A DNA stretch of 64,000 nt from Alphaproteobacteria bacterium (GCA_964291215.2 OZ219790.1:128001-192000); one strand, 5' to 3'. Shown: positions 10,425 to 21,339, counted from the stretch's first letter. Program-made: numbers and translations. The notes: generated from the sequence alone by a model not told the origin.

Positions 10425-11216
10425 ATGCTCGTTGATAGCCATTGCCACCTTGACTTCGAGGTCTTCGACGACGATCGTGATGTCGTGATCGACCGGGCGC
10501 GGCAGGCGGGAGTAGGGACCCTGCTTACCATTTGCACCAAGGTGAGCCGGTTCAATGACATACTCGCGATCGCGACAGGCAGCGGAGAGGACATATGGTG
10601 TTCCGTCGGCATACACCCGCACCATACGGAAGAAGAGCCTGACATCGTCGCCAACGAACTTGTCTCTCGAAGCCGCCACCCGAAGGTCGTCGGCATCGGT
10701 GAAACCGGGCTGGACTATCACTATGACAACAGCCCGAGAAATATCCAGAAAAAGAGCTTTCGCGCTCACATAGCGGCAGCCCGCGAAAGCGGACTGCCGC
10801 TGATCGTTCACAATCGTGATTCCGACGGCGACATGACGCAGATACTAGAAGAGGAAATGACCGCTGGACAGTTCTCTGCAGTGCTGCATTGCTTTTCCTC
10901 GAGTCGCAAGCTCGCCGAGGCTGCGATTGATCTCGGCTTCTACGTCTCGTTCTCCGGGATACTGACTTTCAAGAACGCGGAGGAATTGCGAGATATCGCT
11001 GCGGACCTTCCGCTTGATCGTCTTCTCGTGGAAACCGATTCACCGTTCCTGGCGCCGGTGCCCAACCGCGGGCAACGCAACGAGCCGTCTTTTGTCGTCC
11101 ATACGGCCGCGGAACTGGCGCGGATACGAAATATGGAAATGGATGGGATAACAAGAATAACTACCGATAATTTCTACAGATTATTCGATAAGGTCCAGAG
11201 ACGTGCGACAGTTTGA
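10425..11216 (+). CDS. tatD: TatD-family deoxyribonuclease
   Basis: DSHCHL, GIHPH, IGETGLDY, VHNR, LHCFS, ETDSPFLAP. Confidence 0.95.
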   Translation: MLVDSHCHLDFEVFDDDRDVVIDRARQAGVGTLLTICTKVSRFNDILAIATGSGEDIWCSVGIHPHHTEEEPDIVANELVSRSRHPKVVGIGETGLDYHYDNSPRNIQKKSFRAHIAAARESGLPLIVHNRDSDGDMTQILEEEMTAGQFSAVLHCFSSSRKLAEAAIDLGFYVSFSGILTFKNAEELRDIAADLPLDRLLVETDSPFLAPVPNRGQRNEPSFVVHTAAELARIRNMEMDGITRITTDNFYRLFDKVQRRATV

Positions 11217-11570
11217 GCCTGGCGGTAAAAGCCCTTTTATAATTCATAATATACATTATGCGACAATCTGGTTAGGCGTACACCGATTCGCCACGACGAT
11301 CCCATGCTGAATTCCGAGACGTGAAATCCAGGAGCACAATTTCCGCTTTCTTGCCAGGTTTTCCGGCTGCCCCTGCCGCGGCGACCCGTAGACGGCCCCG
11401 CGGCCAGAAAACCCGGCACAGGGTCGGGCCGCAGTCGGCAAGATCGAACGCAGCGTGGGAAAGTCCTGGTCGATTCGCCCCGCGGTCTTGCGCCGGATCG
11501 TGTTTTCAGGCAAGAGATTCGCTGGCGAACCATCAAGCCTTCCAGCTCAGCAGCGAACGGTTATCATCAG

Positions 11571-12383
11571 ATGTCATGCCGTGATACCACCGCTCTCGAA
11601 GACCTTCTGGATATGATGGCGCGTCTTCGCGACCCGAAGAGTGGATGTCCGTGGGACTGTGAACAGACCCTTGAGAGCCTCCTCCCCTACACCATCGAGG
11701 AAGCCTATGAGGTCGCGGACGCGATCGAACAACGCAATGCGGAACAGCTTGTGGCCGAACTCGGCGATCTTCTCTTCCACATCGTGTTCTATGCGCAGAT
11801 ACTCAGCGAGCGTGGCGACGCCGATTTCCAGAAAATTGCCGACAGAATCACGCAAAAGATGCGCAAGCGGCATCCTCATGTCTTTGGAGACGTAAGACAT
11901 GCCGATGCCGCAGGCGTAGCCGGCGCATGGGAAGCAGGTAAATCCGATGAACGAAGGAAACGGGCGCGCCATGAAGGCCGCCGCGCCAGCGCGCTGGACG
12001 ATGTGGCACGGGCCCTTCCCGCCCTGCTCCGGGCACAGAAGATTCAGCAAAGAGCCGCCGGGGTGGGATTCGACTGGACAGACATCAAGCCGGTGATCGG
12101 CAAGGTCCGTGAGGAATTGGAAGAACTGGAGGCAGAGATTGATGCGGACGCTAGTTCGGCGAATACCGCAATTGAGGCCGGCGATTTGCTCTTCGCCTGC
12201 GTGAATCTTGCTCGCCACGCCGGCGTAGATGCCGAGGGCGCGCTACGGAACGCTACTGAGAAATTCGAGAACAGGTTTAGAGCGATCGAGAACATCCTGG
12301 CCGACGGGGGAAAGACGGTAGCTCAGAGCAGTCTTGAAGAAATGGATGCCCTTTGGTGCGGGATTAAGGCTGAAGAAAGTTAG
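11571..12383 (+). CDS. mazG: Nucleoside triphosphate pyrophosphohydrolase MazG
   Basis: LRDPKSGCPWD, EEAYEV, ELGDLL, RHPHVF, second EAGDLLF domain. Confidence 0.95.
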   Translation: MSCRDTTALEDLLDMMARLRDPKSGCPWDCEQTLESLLPYTIEEAYEVADAIEQRNAEQLVAELGDLLFHIVFYAQILSERGDADFQKIADRITQKMRKRHPHVFGDVRHADAAGVAGAWEAGKSDERRKRARHEGRRASALDDVARALPALLRAQKIQQRAAGVGFDWTDIKPVIGKVREELEELEAEIDADASSANTAIEAGDLLFACVNLARHAGVDAEGALRNATEKFENRFRAIENILADGGKTVAQSSLEEMDALWCGIKAEES

Positions 12384-12814
12384 CTGCATTTTCTTACTTG
12401 GATATAAGGACTTTCTGTATTTCGGTATTGTCAGCTATTTGTAAGCGTTCGTTCATGCGGTGATAACGATCTGCGCTGAGGTTTTTTTGGTGATTGCAAA
12501 AAGGGAGTTAATAATTCGTGGACGCCCGGAAAAGTACATTTATTTAACTCCAATACCTAAATCGTGGTATGGGTGAGGCGAAGAATCCCGCTTTGGGGCG
12601 GGAAGTTGCTTACGACTGCGCCCTTAAACTTGGATGCATCTCTTGCCGTGCGACAGGCGGCGCTGCTAGATAAGTGCGACAAGCTCAGACATCAGAGCCA
12701 GCCAGACTGAAGGAGACGACCATTGCCGAGAAGCCGAAGCGGTCCGCGGGGCCGTCCTGTAGAGAAGCTACTGTCGGAGCCAATTGACGCCGCGCCGGAG
12801 GTGCCCTCGCGATC

Positions 12815-13039
12815 ATGCAGCGCAAGCCGAAGGATGATTACGCCATGAATATCACTCGGCGGCGGAGCTTTTGGGATGTTCTCCTTGAAAAGCTGTTCAT
12901 CGCCCTTTTCGACGAAGGGATAAAAAATCCCGATGGATCCGTCGGCCGTTGGGTTATAAGAGTGATGGTCGCTTTGTTCAGTTTGTTTGTCGTCGTTGTC
13001 GTTTGTCTGCTCGGTTTCCTTGCCGTCATTCTCATTAAG
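12815..13039 (+). pseudogene. Small predicted membrane protein truncated by IS256
   Basis: GGAGG upstream; hydrophobic run VMVALFSLFVVVVVCLLGFLAVILI reaches the IS256 end. Confidence 0.35.
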
Positions 13040-13631
13040 GATTACGCAACCTGATGTCTGGAAATTGTCGTGAAGCTGATCGAGCTGTTCCCATTTGATC
13101 TTGGTTTCGGTTTCCCATTTTTCGTCGATGAGGACCGCGGTTGAGAGGCGCTCCAACGAGGCGAGGTTTGGAAAGACCCTGACTTTGGAGGTGCGCCGCT
13201 TGAGCTCTTGCTGGATCGGTCGCTCGATGCCGTTTGAGGTTCGCATACGCTTGCGGTGAGCATCGGGCAAGGTGAAGACAGCAAGCCCCGCATTCTTTTC
13301 CAGCCAGGAAGCCTGGATGCTTGTCGCTGGCCACGAGGGCGCCCAGTTCAGCCTCGGCGGTTTGGAGTGAGGAGGCATGGCTCCGAGCTGTTTTCCAATA
13401 CGTTTCCTGATGTCGTTGTTCGGTGCACGGCGTTTTGCGCCAAGTGGAACTGGCAGCGCTGCCACATCGCCGCGCCCAGCACCGCGCGTCGTGCTGCTTT
13501 CAGCCCAGCATGGTCATCCGAGACGATGAAGGTCGGTAACTGCCCAGGTCTGCTTCCGGCGATCAGCCACGGGTTATGGACTGAATCTTCCGGTCTGCTG
13601 CCGCGGACGCGGAGGCGAGCGGCGGGGGATT

Positions 13632-14955
13632 TCAGAGGCGCAGTCTCGGGATCAGCTGCATGGGATCGGGATGCGCCAGGGTTTCGAGGACATTCCAGCG
13701 TTGCTTTCGGGCTGTTGCGATGACGGAACGCAGGCTGGCGAAGTCGCGGGCGCCTTGCATTGATCGGAAGCCGCCCGAGATTTTCTGGCGCAGCTTGCCC
13801 ATGCGGAGGTCGCGCTCGGCCTGGTTGTTCGAGAAGGGGGTTCTCGGGTCGGTGAGGAAGCGCAGGCAGCCCTCCTTGTATTTCTGGAGCCGGAGGGCGA
13901 GGTTGTGACCGATGCGGCGCTTTTGTCGTCCGTGCTTTCCGCTCTGGAGGGGCGCCATCTCTTCGTGAGAGGCGATGGCCTGCTCAAGGATGCGGTCCCA
14001 GGCTCGGGAGATGCGGGCCACCAGTGAAGCGGGCAGGTCGCGGTCATTCTTGCGGGCGAAGCGGGCGGCTCTGTTGGCACGGCTGAGGAGCGGGTGCGTG
14101 GTGGCTGCCCAGTTCTCGATCTCGATCAGGGCTTGGAGTTCGCGCAGGTGATGGGCATTGCAGGCCCCGTGGCGCACGCCTTGGAGAGCGAAGTAGGTGG
14201 CGTAGTCGTCATGGATGACGATGCCGTTGAGCTTCTCGTCGATGTGGCTGCGCCCGGCGGCGATGCGCAGGATGGTCAGCAACGGGGTGCACAGTACGTG
14301 GAGCCATTGGGTCCGGGCGGCGATGCGGATGCCGGTCTCGTCGAGGTGTTTGACCGGGGCCGCGGTGCGGATGATCTCGCCGACACGGTCGAGGAAGCCC
14401 TCGAAGCGCCGGGCGGTGCGTCTGCCCATGGCGGCGATGGTGGCGGTTGAGAGCCTGACCGCGAAGAGGTCGCTCATGACTTCGGCGACGCGCTTCTCCG
14501 GAATGAACTGCGCGTGCAGCAGGTAGGTCACCCACGCGGTGATACGCGGCCCGTACTGGACCGGGGCGCCGTTCGGGAAGACGGCTGTCGTCACGGTGCC
14601 GCAGGCGGCACAGAGGCAGCGGTGCTCGGTGACCTCAAGGGGCTGCGGCACATCGAAGACCTGCCGGCAGACGGGGGCTCGGTGACGCTCAGCGGCCGAC
14701 AGCGGCGCGCCGCAGCCCGCACAGGCGCAGGGATCATGATCGACGATGTGGTCGGGCGTCGCGGTCCGCTCCAGAGTGGTTCCCTTGTGGCTGGCCGCCG
14801 CCTGTCGGACGTGCCGCTCCGGGTGCGCTGGGGTCCGCCCGCTCGCGCAAGTGGGCGTTCTCCCGCTCCAGCGCGTCGTTCTCCCTGACCAGCGCCGCGC
14901 TCAGGCGCAGCAGCCCCTGGCCCGGATGGCTTTGATGACCGTCATCGCCAGGCAT
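13632..14955 (-). pseudogene. tnpC: IS66 TnpC transposase, 5' part frameshifted
   Basis: CxxCG zinc motifs, HLDETG, HDDY..Y, CNAHHLREL, FSNNQAERDLR..K..QKISGGFRS. Confidence 0.88.
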
Positions 14956-15023
14956 TGTGGGGTGAAAAGGTCCTGCAGGCACGCAAAAGCCTCGTCGTGG
15001 CCGGCGAGGTCCTCGCGCCACCG

Positions 15024-15683
15024 TCACGGGACCTCGACGGCCATGATCGCGGCCAGCACCGCCAGGCGTTCGCCCGCCGGCATGGCCTCGTAGAGCCGGC
15101 CCCAGTTGGCCGCCTTGCGCTTGATGCGCTGGCGGTCGGTGAAGTTCCGGCCGGCGAAGCGCGCCCAGTGCACCCGGTCGGGCGCGAAGTTGAACCACAC
15201 CACCTCGGTCCGCACCCGGGCCTGGGTCGTCACCTGCAGCGCCAGCCGGCGCCAGCCCGACAGCAGGTCGTCATAGAGCGCAGACGGGTGGCCCGAGACC
15301 ATCACCTGGCAGGGCAGACCCTTGAGCAGCTCAAGCAGCGCGACGTGGTCGGCCTCCGCATACTCGAAGCGGTAGCGCTGCGACGAACGCCGGGTCGCGT
15401 GCAGATAGGGCGGATCGCTGTAGACCAGCTCCGGGCCCAGAAACGCAAACGACGCCAGAAAGGAGTGGGCGCAGCCATGCACCAACTCCACCGGGTAGTC
15501 GCAGCCAAAGGCCTCAAGCGCCCGCTCATCGAGGTCGATCCCGATCGAGCGCACGGCAGCAGGCTTGCGCTTCATCAGCGCACCGCCCCCCAGGTGACTC
15601 TCGATATAGACAGAGTGCGGCGGCATCAGCGCAATCAGCGCCTGGCTCAGACCCGTCGTCGCCTTCGATCCGAAATACCCCAC
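15024..15683 (-). CDS. N6-adenine DNA methyltransferase (Dam/D12-class-like)
   Basis: GYFGSK (motif X), YIESHLGGG (motif I variant), GIDLD, YSDPPY (motif IV); GGAGGAG RBS 6 nt before GTG at 15683. Confidence 0.85.
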   Translation of the reverse strand: MGYFGSKATTGLSQALIALMPPHSVYIESHLGGGALMKRKPAAVRSIGIDLDERALEAFGCDYPVELVHGCAHSFLASFAFLGPELVYSDPPYLHATRRSSQRYRFEYAEADHVALLELLKGLPCQVMVSGHPSALYDDLLSGWRRLALQVTTQARVRTEVVWFNFAPDRVHWARFAGRNFTDRQRIKRKAANWGRLYEAMPAGERLAVLAAIMAVEVP

Positions 15684-16437
15684 CAGCCGCTCCTCCCATG
15701 CGAGAGGGCAACCCATAGGCGCGCGCGCCTATGCAGTCAAGGCCGAGAGCAGCGACACGGCGAACAAAATCAGCAAGCTCTCACACTTGGCAGGGTACCT
15801 GGGTAGTTACGAAGGTCGTACCATGCAGGGCTAGTAAGCTTTCCAGGAAGGCTCTCCAAATGGACCAGAGAGCCCCAGAACGTGCCTGCAGCCCCTATTC
15901 CGATGGCCGAGAGCACTGCGACATCGCGCACAACGCCGTCATGGCGGGCTTTTTCGTAGCGCGCATCCAGGATGTTGCGCCAGCTGGTGGCCCGGCTGAC
16001 CTGAGAAGAGGACAGGCTCCCGAACTCGCGCATTACATCCTGCCGCGTGGAAACACCCTTGATGTACATCTCGGCTACGGCGCGAGAAGATCGCTGGCCG
16101 CGTTCAAGCGACTGGGGATAGAACGGGTCGTCCCCGTGACCGGCCGTCTTTGGCACCTGAACGGTAACAGTGGGGGTGTCCGATCCGCTTGTAGCCGTTG
16201 GCATAGACCTGTCGCTCCGGTGTCCGGTGGCCCGCTTTCAAGTACTGCTCGCGCTCGATTTGCATCGCAAGCTCGAAGAGCTGGCCAAAGACCCGCCCCA
16301 GATCCGTTGCTCCGTTTGCGATCAGATGTTCCAAAACAGTCCCGATACATCAAGTTACAGTACCCCCCCCCCCCCCCCCGCCAGCGATCGTGCAGACGCT
16401 GCTTGATGCAGGCGCACGGCTCGACGCGCGGACTAAA

Positions 16438-19255
16438 CCGAAGTTCCAGATCCGATCAGACGTAAGTGCCTGATAGAAGTGACATTCGATACATTTCAGC
16501 GGTCTCGGTACACTATGGCTTCACGCCCAGGAGCTTGAATGCCCTTCTCTGGAGCGGCGTGGGCCATGTGGTGACCTGGAAGGGCTCGGCGCCCGCAAGG
16601 CGGGGCGCCACGGTGTTGCGGGTGGCAAGATCGCCGATGAGGGTGCGGAAGCTGTGCCCCCTCCGGGCGTCCTCTTCGTTGTCGCCTTGGCCCGGGCGCT
16701 CGCCGAGACTTCTGCCGGCGCCACGACGGAAGACCGCCTTCGGCATCCTCGTCGTCGAACAGCATGGGCTTCAGTCGCATGTGCCATGTAGTAGGCGAGC
16801 ATGCACAGGAAGACGCGGACTCGGGGTTCGGGTAGACGGGACGGACCTTCAGGTCCTTGAGGCTGCGGAAGGCCCGTTCCACGGAGCTCAGCCGCTTGTA
16901 GGCGCGCGGGACCGTCGAGCTCGCTCTGCGGCAGGCGGACCACGTAGAGGAGCCTCGGCGGCGATGGCAGCCTCATCACGCCCATAGGTGAAGACACCGT
17001 CATCGTCGATGGACCACGTGAAGTGCTTCGCCATCCTGCCGATGACCTTCCGCTCCCCGATCTTCCCGGCACCCTTGAGGCGACGCTTGTCGCGTCGCTG
17101 CGGCAATCGGTGCGAGCCTCGGTGGCCTCGAGCAGTTCCTGGCGCTTGCGGGCCCGATCCAGCAGCGGGTTGCGGCAGAGGCGTTCGCCGGGATACGCAT
17201 CGCTGGTGATCTCCACCAGGTCTCTCTCGTCGAAGAGCGACATCGTCGCCGGCCTCCACCAGTGAACGGATGCCCCTCAAGGCGCTGGCCCGCAGGCTTG
17301 ACCTCCTCGCGGGCCTCGGTCCCCCACCACCTTCGCAAAGGAGAACCGCTCCCGCAGCGTGGCGATCTGTGAGGACACCGTGGCCGGGTGTTGCCGGGGA
17401 ACACCCGCACCGACACCCGTCCCGGTCGCACAGAAGGCCGACTGCAGCTTGCCCTTCTTGCCATCCCGGGAATGACCCCGTTGGGCCAAGGGGCATGCTC
17501 TCCCCTCCATCCACACGGAAGTCAGGAGCACCAGGCAGCCCTCTTCGAGGTGCCGCCAGGGGATCCTCTCCTGACGTTCCAGGAGCCGTAGAGGGCATTC
17601 TCGTCCAACTCCGCATCTCACCCAAGGTGCTGACCGCTGTCGCCAGCCCCCTGGCCAGCTTCGAGGCGGGCTCAAGGATGCGTGCCACGATCATGGCGAG
17701 AACCTGATCGCGCTCGGGAGAAGGCTTCGGGTCGATCCGCCGGTCCAGTTTCTTCAGGGTTTCCAGCACCGCGGCGACATGGGGAAGAGAGCGGACGAGG
17801 CGTCGTTGAGACCTGCGGTTCCTCCCTTGAGCAGAATGCGCAATTCCTCGATGGAGAGCGGTACTGTAACTTGATGTCTGGAAATTTGTCTGAGGTTTGC
17901 GCTTTAAGGCGTTTCACTGGGGGGCTAGCCCCCCAGTGAAACGCGGCGCCATCGTGCTATCCCATGGAGTTGCAAAACATTCATGGAGGAAGCGAATGGA
18001 CCTGCGACACACTACGACGATCGGGACTGTTTTGGAACATCTGATCGCAAACGGAGCAACGGATCTGGGGCGGGTCTTTGGCCAGCTCTTCGAGCTTGCG
18101 ATGCAAATCGAGCGCGAGCAGTACTTGAAAGCGGGCCACCGGATACCGGAGCGACAGGGCTATGCCAACGGCTACAAGCGGATCGACACCCCCACTGTTA
18201 CCGTTCAGGTGCCAAACGGTCACGGGGACGACCCCCCAGTCGCTTGAACGCGGCCAGCGATCTTCTCGCGCCGTGGCCGTAGCCGAGATGTACATCAAGG
18301 GTGTTTCCACGCGGCAAGCCGATCCTCTTCTCAGGTCAGCCGGGCCACCAGGACGGCGTTGTGCGCGATGTTGCAGTGCTCTCGGCCATCGGAATAGGGG
18401 CTGCAGGCACGTTCTGGGGCTCTCTGTGGCGCTCTCCGAGGCCGAGGTCCATTAGAGAGCCTTCCTGGAAAGCTTGCTAGCCCTGCATGGTACGACCTTC
18501 ATCGTCTCGGATGACCATGCCGGGTTGAAAGCGGCACGACGCGCGGTGCTGGGCGCGGCGACATGGCAGCGCTACCAATTCCACCTGGCGCAAAACGCCG
18601 TGCACCGAACAACGACATCAGGAAACGTATTGGAAAACAGCTCGGAGCCATGCGTCATCACTCCAAACCGCCGAGGCCGAACTGGGCGCCCTCGTGGCCA
18701 GCGACAAGCATCCAGGCTTCCTGGATGGAAAAGAATGCGGGGCTCGCTGTCTTCACCTTGCCCGATGCTCACCGCAAGCGCATGCGAACCTCGAACGGCA
18801 TCGAGCGACCGATCCAGCAAGAACTCAAGCGGCGCACCTCCAAAATCAGGGTCTTTCCGAACCTCGCCTCGTTGGAGCGCCTCTCAACCGCGGTCCTCAT
18901 CGACGAAAAATGGGAAACCGAAACCAAGATCAAATGGGAACAGCTCGATGACTGAGAGCTTCACGACAATTTCCAGACATCAGGTTGCGTAATCATGAGA
19001 GCGGGCTTGGAAAGGTTGGCGAGGGTGCGCTTCTTGACCGTTCCGGCTTCGCGGCAGGACTCGCGGAGCAGGATGGCGGGCGGGGACGAGCGGTTGGGGA
19101 TGGATTCGATATACATGGCTATAGGCGGCAAATCCATGGATGTCAAGCATCTAACACAATATTACATGGGTACAATCTGACGCACGAAAAATCCGATAAC
19201 CACGCTGCATCAATGACTTGGCGTGCATTTCAACCGGAATTTTCTGGAACTTCGG
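16438..19255 (-). mobile_element. IS1634-family element, heavily degraded, containing IS256 copy 4
   Basis: 13-bp perfect IRs CCGAAGTTCCAGA / TCTGGAACTTCGG; 6-bp TSD ACTAAA at 16432-16437 and 19256-19261; MYIESIPNRSSPPAILLRES..., ERAFRSLK. Confidence 0.92.
17860..18994 (+). mobile_element. IS256 copy 4, degraded
   Basis: Both IRs present; imperfect TSD TGGAGAGC / ATGAGAGC. Confidence 0.9.
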
Positions 19256-19447
19256 ACTAAATCGGGGGGCCCCCTGCACTCGGCGGCGGGGCGCAGCAAG
19301 ACGCCTGCGGTCGTACAGACGCTGCTCGACGCAGGCGCACGGCTCGACGCGCGAGATAAAATCGGGCGGACACCCCTGCACTGGAACGATGGCCGATTCA
19401 AGTAGGCCGGAAGTCGGACATCAAGACGACGAACGCTTACAGCTATT

Positions 19448-20350
19448 TTAGGCCTCGTCCAGAGAATCGCCGGAATCCCCCGCCAGATTGAGGATCAAGC
19501 TTGACGTGTCGAAACGGTTGCCCCCCTTTTCCTGCACATCCGCATAGAACCGGTCCACCATTTCCGCCACTGGCAACCGCGCTCCGTTGCGCTCGGCCTC
19601 GTCCAGGCAGATTCCGAGGTCCTTTCGCATCCAGTCGACGGCAAAACCAAAACCGAACTTTCCGTCGACCATGGTCACAGCACGGTTATCCATTTGCCAG
19701 GACTGTGCCGCGCCGCCCGACATCACCTCCGCCGCGCGCTTGGCGTCGAGTCCGGCCTTCATCGCAAAGTTCAGCCCTTCTGCAAGCCCCTGCACGAGTC
19801 CGGCAATACATATCTGGTTGACCATCTTGGTGAGCTGGCCCGACCCGGCCTCGCCCATCCGCACCACAGTCTTGCCGTAACTTCGCAGAACCGGTTCCAC
19901 GGAGTTGAAAACCTCTTCATCGCCGCCTGCCATGATGGTCAGCACCCCGTTCTCCGCACCCGCCTGGCCGCCGGAGACCGGCGCGTCGACAAACCCGAAC
20001 CCACGCCGTGCGGCTTCCGCTGCAAGCTCCCGGGCAACGATTGCGGAGGTCGTGGTGTGGTCGATCAGTGTCGCCCCCACCTTCATGCCGGCGAACACGC
20101 CCTCCTCGCCGAGGACAACGGCGCGAAGGTCGTCATCGTTGCCTACACAAGTCATGATCCAGTCGGCCCCCCGCGCCGCGTCGGCGGGGCTCGGCTGCGT
20201 TTCTCCGCCGTACTCCCGTGCCCAGCGGTCGGCCTTCTTCTGCGTGCGGTTATAAACCTGCGTCCGGAAGCTGGCGTTCGCCAGATGGCCCGCCATCGGA
20301 TACCCCATCACACCGAGACCCACGAATGCCGCCAAACCTCGATCAGTCAT
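19448..20350 (-). CDS. NAD(P)-dependent beta-hydroxyacid dehydrogenase (3-hydroxyisobutyrate/tartronate semialdehyde family)
   Basis: FVGLGVMGYPMA, DAPVSGG, GSGQLTKMVNQ, KDLGI. Confidence 0.92.
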   Translation of the reverse strand: MTDRGLAAFVGLGVMGYPMAGHLANASFRTQVYNRTQKKADRWAREYGGETQPSPADAARGADWIMTCVGNDDDLRAVVLGEEGVFAGMKVGATLIDHTTTSAIVARELAAEAARRGFGFVDAPVSGGQAGAENGVLTIMAGGDEEVFNSVEPVLRSYGKTVVRMGEAGSGQLTKMVNQICIAGLVQGLAEGLNFAMKAGLDAKRAAEVMSGGAAQSWQMDNRAVTMVDGKFGFGFAVDWMRKDLGICLDEAERNGARLPVAEMVDRFYADVQEKGGNRFDTSSLILNLAGDSGDSLDEA

Positions 20351-20412
20351 GATTCTTTACTCCACGAATCTGTACGTTCACGCTCCCCGGAAACCCCGGC
20401 GGCCTGTCAGGA

Positions 20413-21231
20413 TCACGCCGCCGGACGCTTTGCAATGGCTTCGGCAATCGGACGCTGAAGATTTTCCCATGTTGCCGGATCGGGCGCCAGCAGAATTCCG
20501 CCTTCGCCCGGTGCACCGACGAGATAGGGCGTACGATCAAGGGAGCGACAGAAGCCTCCCGCCTCGGCGTGGATCAACACCCCTGCGGCGTGATCCCAGG
20601 CCGACACTCCGCGATAATGCGCGAATTGGATCTCGCCGTCGGCAAGCGCACAGTAATCGACACCGATACATCGGCTCGCGGTGATTCGCGCGAATCGCTC
20701 GGGGAGATCCGTCCGTCTGCGAAGGAAACCGCCCAACGAGCCGGTAAGTGCGCCGAGGCTGCCGCCGCCCGGAGCGATCTGGAGCCGAATGCCATCGCGA
20801 AAGGCCCCTGCGCCCACCTCGGCGATGTACATGGCATCCTCTACTGGCCTGTAGATCCATCCTGCAATCGCCTGGCGCTGGACGACAAGCGCGACCATGA
20901 CGGCAAAACCCTGTCTTCCATCGACGAAATTCCTGGTCCCGTCCACCGGATCAACGAGCCACACCGGCGCATCTTCGTCGAGGGTATCGAGAAGGGTCGG
21001 GCTGTTTTCGCTCATTTCCTCGCCCACGACCACTGACGACGCCACCAGGTCCGGTAACCGGCGTGAAAGGAATTCCTCGGCCGCGACATCGGCCGCCGTC
21101 ACCACGGATCCGTGGCGCTTCTGCCACTGGTCAGCCGCCTTGAGCCTGCCGAAGCGGGGCATGATCTCGGCGGTGGAGACTTCGCGAATGAGGCTGCTGA
21201 CTTTGTCGAGAGCGGGCATGGGGAGTACCAT
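20413..21231 (-). CDS. Inositol monophosphatase family protein
   Basis: VTAAD, GEE, WLVDPVDGTRNF, WDHAAG; start chosen at MVLPM. Confidence 0.9.
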   Translation of the reverse strand: MVLPMPALDKVSSLIREVSTAEIMPRFGRLKAADQWQKRHGSVVTAADVAAEEFLSRRLPDLVASSVVVGEEMSENSPTLLDTLDEDAPVWLVDPVDGTRNFVDGRQGFAVMVALVVQRQAIAGWIYRPVEDAMYIAEVGAGAFRDGIRLQIAPGGGSLGALTGSLGGFLRRRTDLPERFARITASRCIGVDYCALADGEIQFAHYRGVSAWDHAAGVLIHAEAGGFCRSLDRTPYLVGAPGEGGILLAPDPATWENLQRPIAEAIAKRPAA

Positions 21232-21339
21232 GGCGGAAGAGTAACAGGAAACCGTTGCAGAATCCCGTTGCCTGAACTTGCTGCATCGGGGAACCGACTC
21301 CGGCGGACGCGGGAATCTGCGGCGGCGTGACGCCCCCAC

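Larger units (their letters stand above)
13536..15810 (-). mobile_element. IS66-family element carrying a DNA methyltransferase passenger
   Basis: IRs GTAACTGCCCAGGT / GTAACTACCCAGGT (13/14); 8-bp TSD GAAGGTCG at 13528-13535 and 15811-15818. Confidence 0.93.
13040..16364 (-). mobile_element. IS256 copy 3 (13040-13535 plus 15811-16364), split by IS66; palindrome and start codon deleted
   Basis: IRR at 13040, IRL end ACATCAAGTTACAGTACC at 16364; sequence continuous across the IS66 TSD; no flanking TSD. Confidence 0.9.
16378..19405 (+). pseudogene. Ankyrin-repeat gene remnant split by IS1634 (pieces at about 16378-16437 and 19256-19405)
   Basis: PAIVQTLLDAGARLDARTK | SGGPLHSAAGRSKTPAVVQTLLDAGARLDARDKIGRTPLHW joined across TSD ACTAAA. 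Confidence 0.8.
12441..19440. mobile_element. IS66-ended cargo element (7,000 bp) containing nested IS insertions
   Basis: 12-bp perfect terminal IRs GTAAGCGTTCGT / ACGAACGCTTAC; 8-bp TSD AGCTATTT at 12433-12440 and 19441-19448. Confidence 0.88.

Noticed and set aside
12692-13465. 257-aa ORF
   Set aside because: Read-through from a frameshifted IS256 into the antisense of cargo DNA
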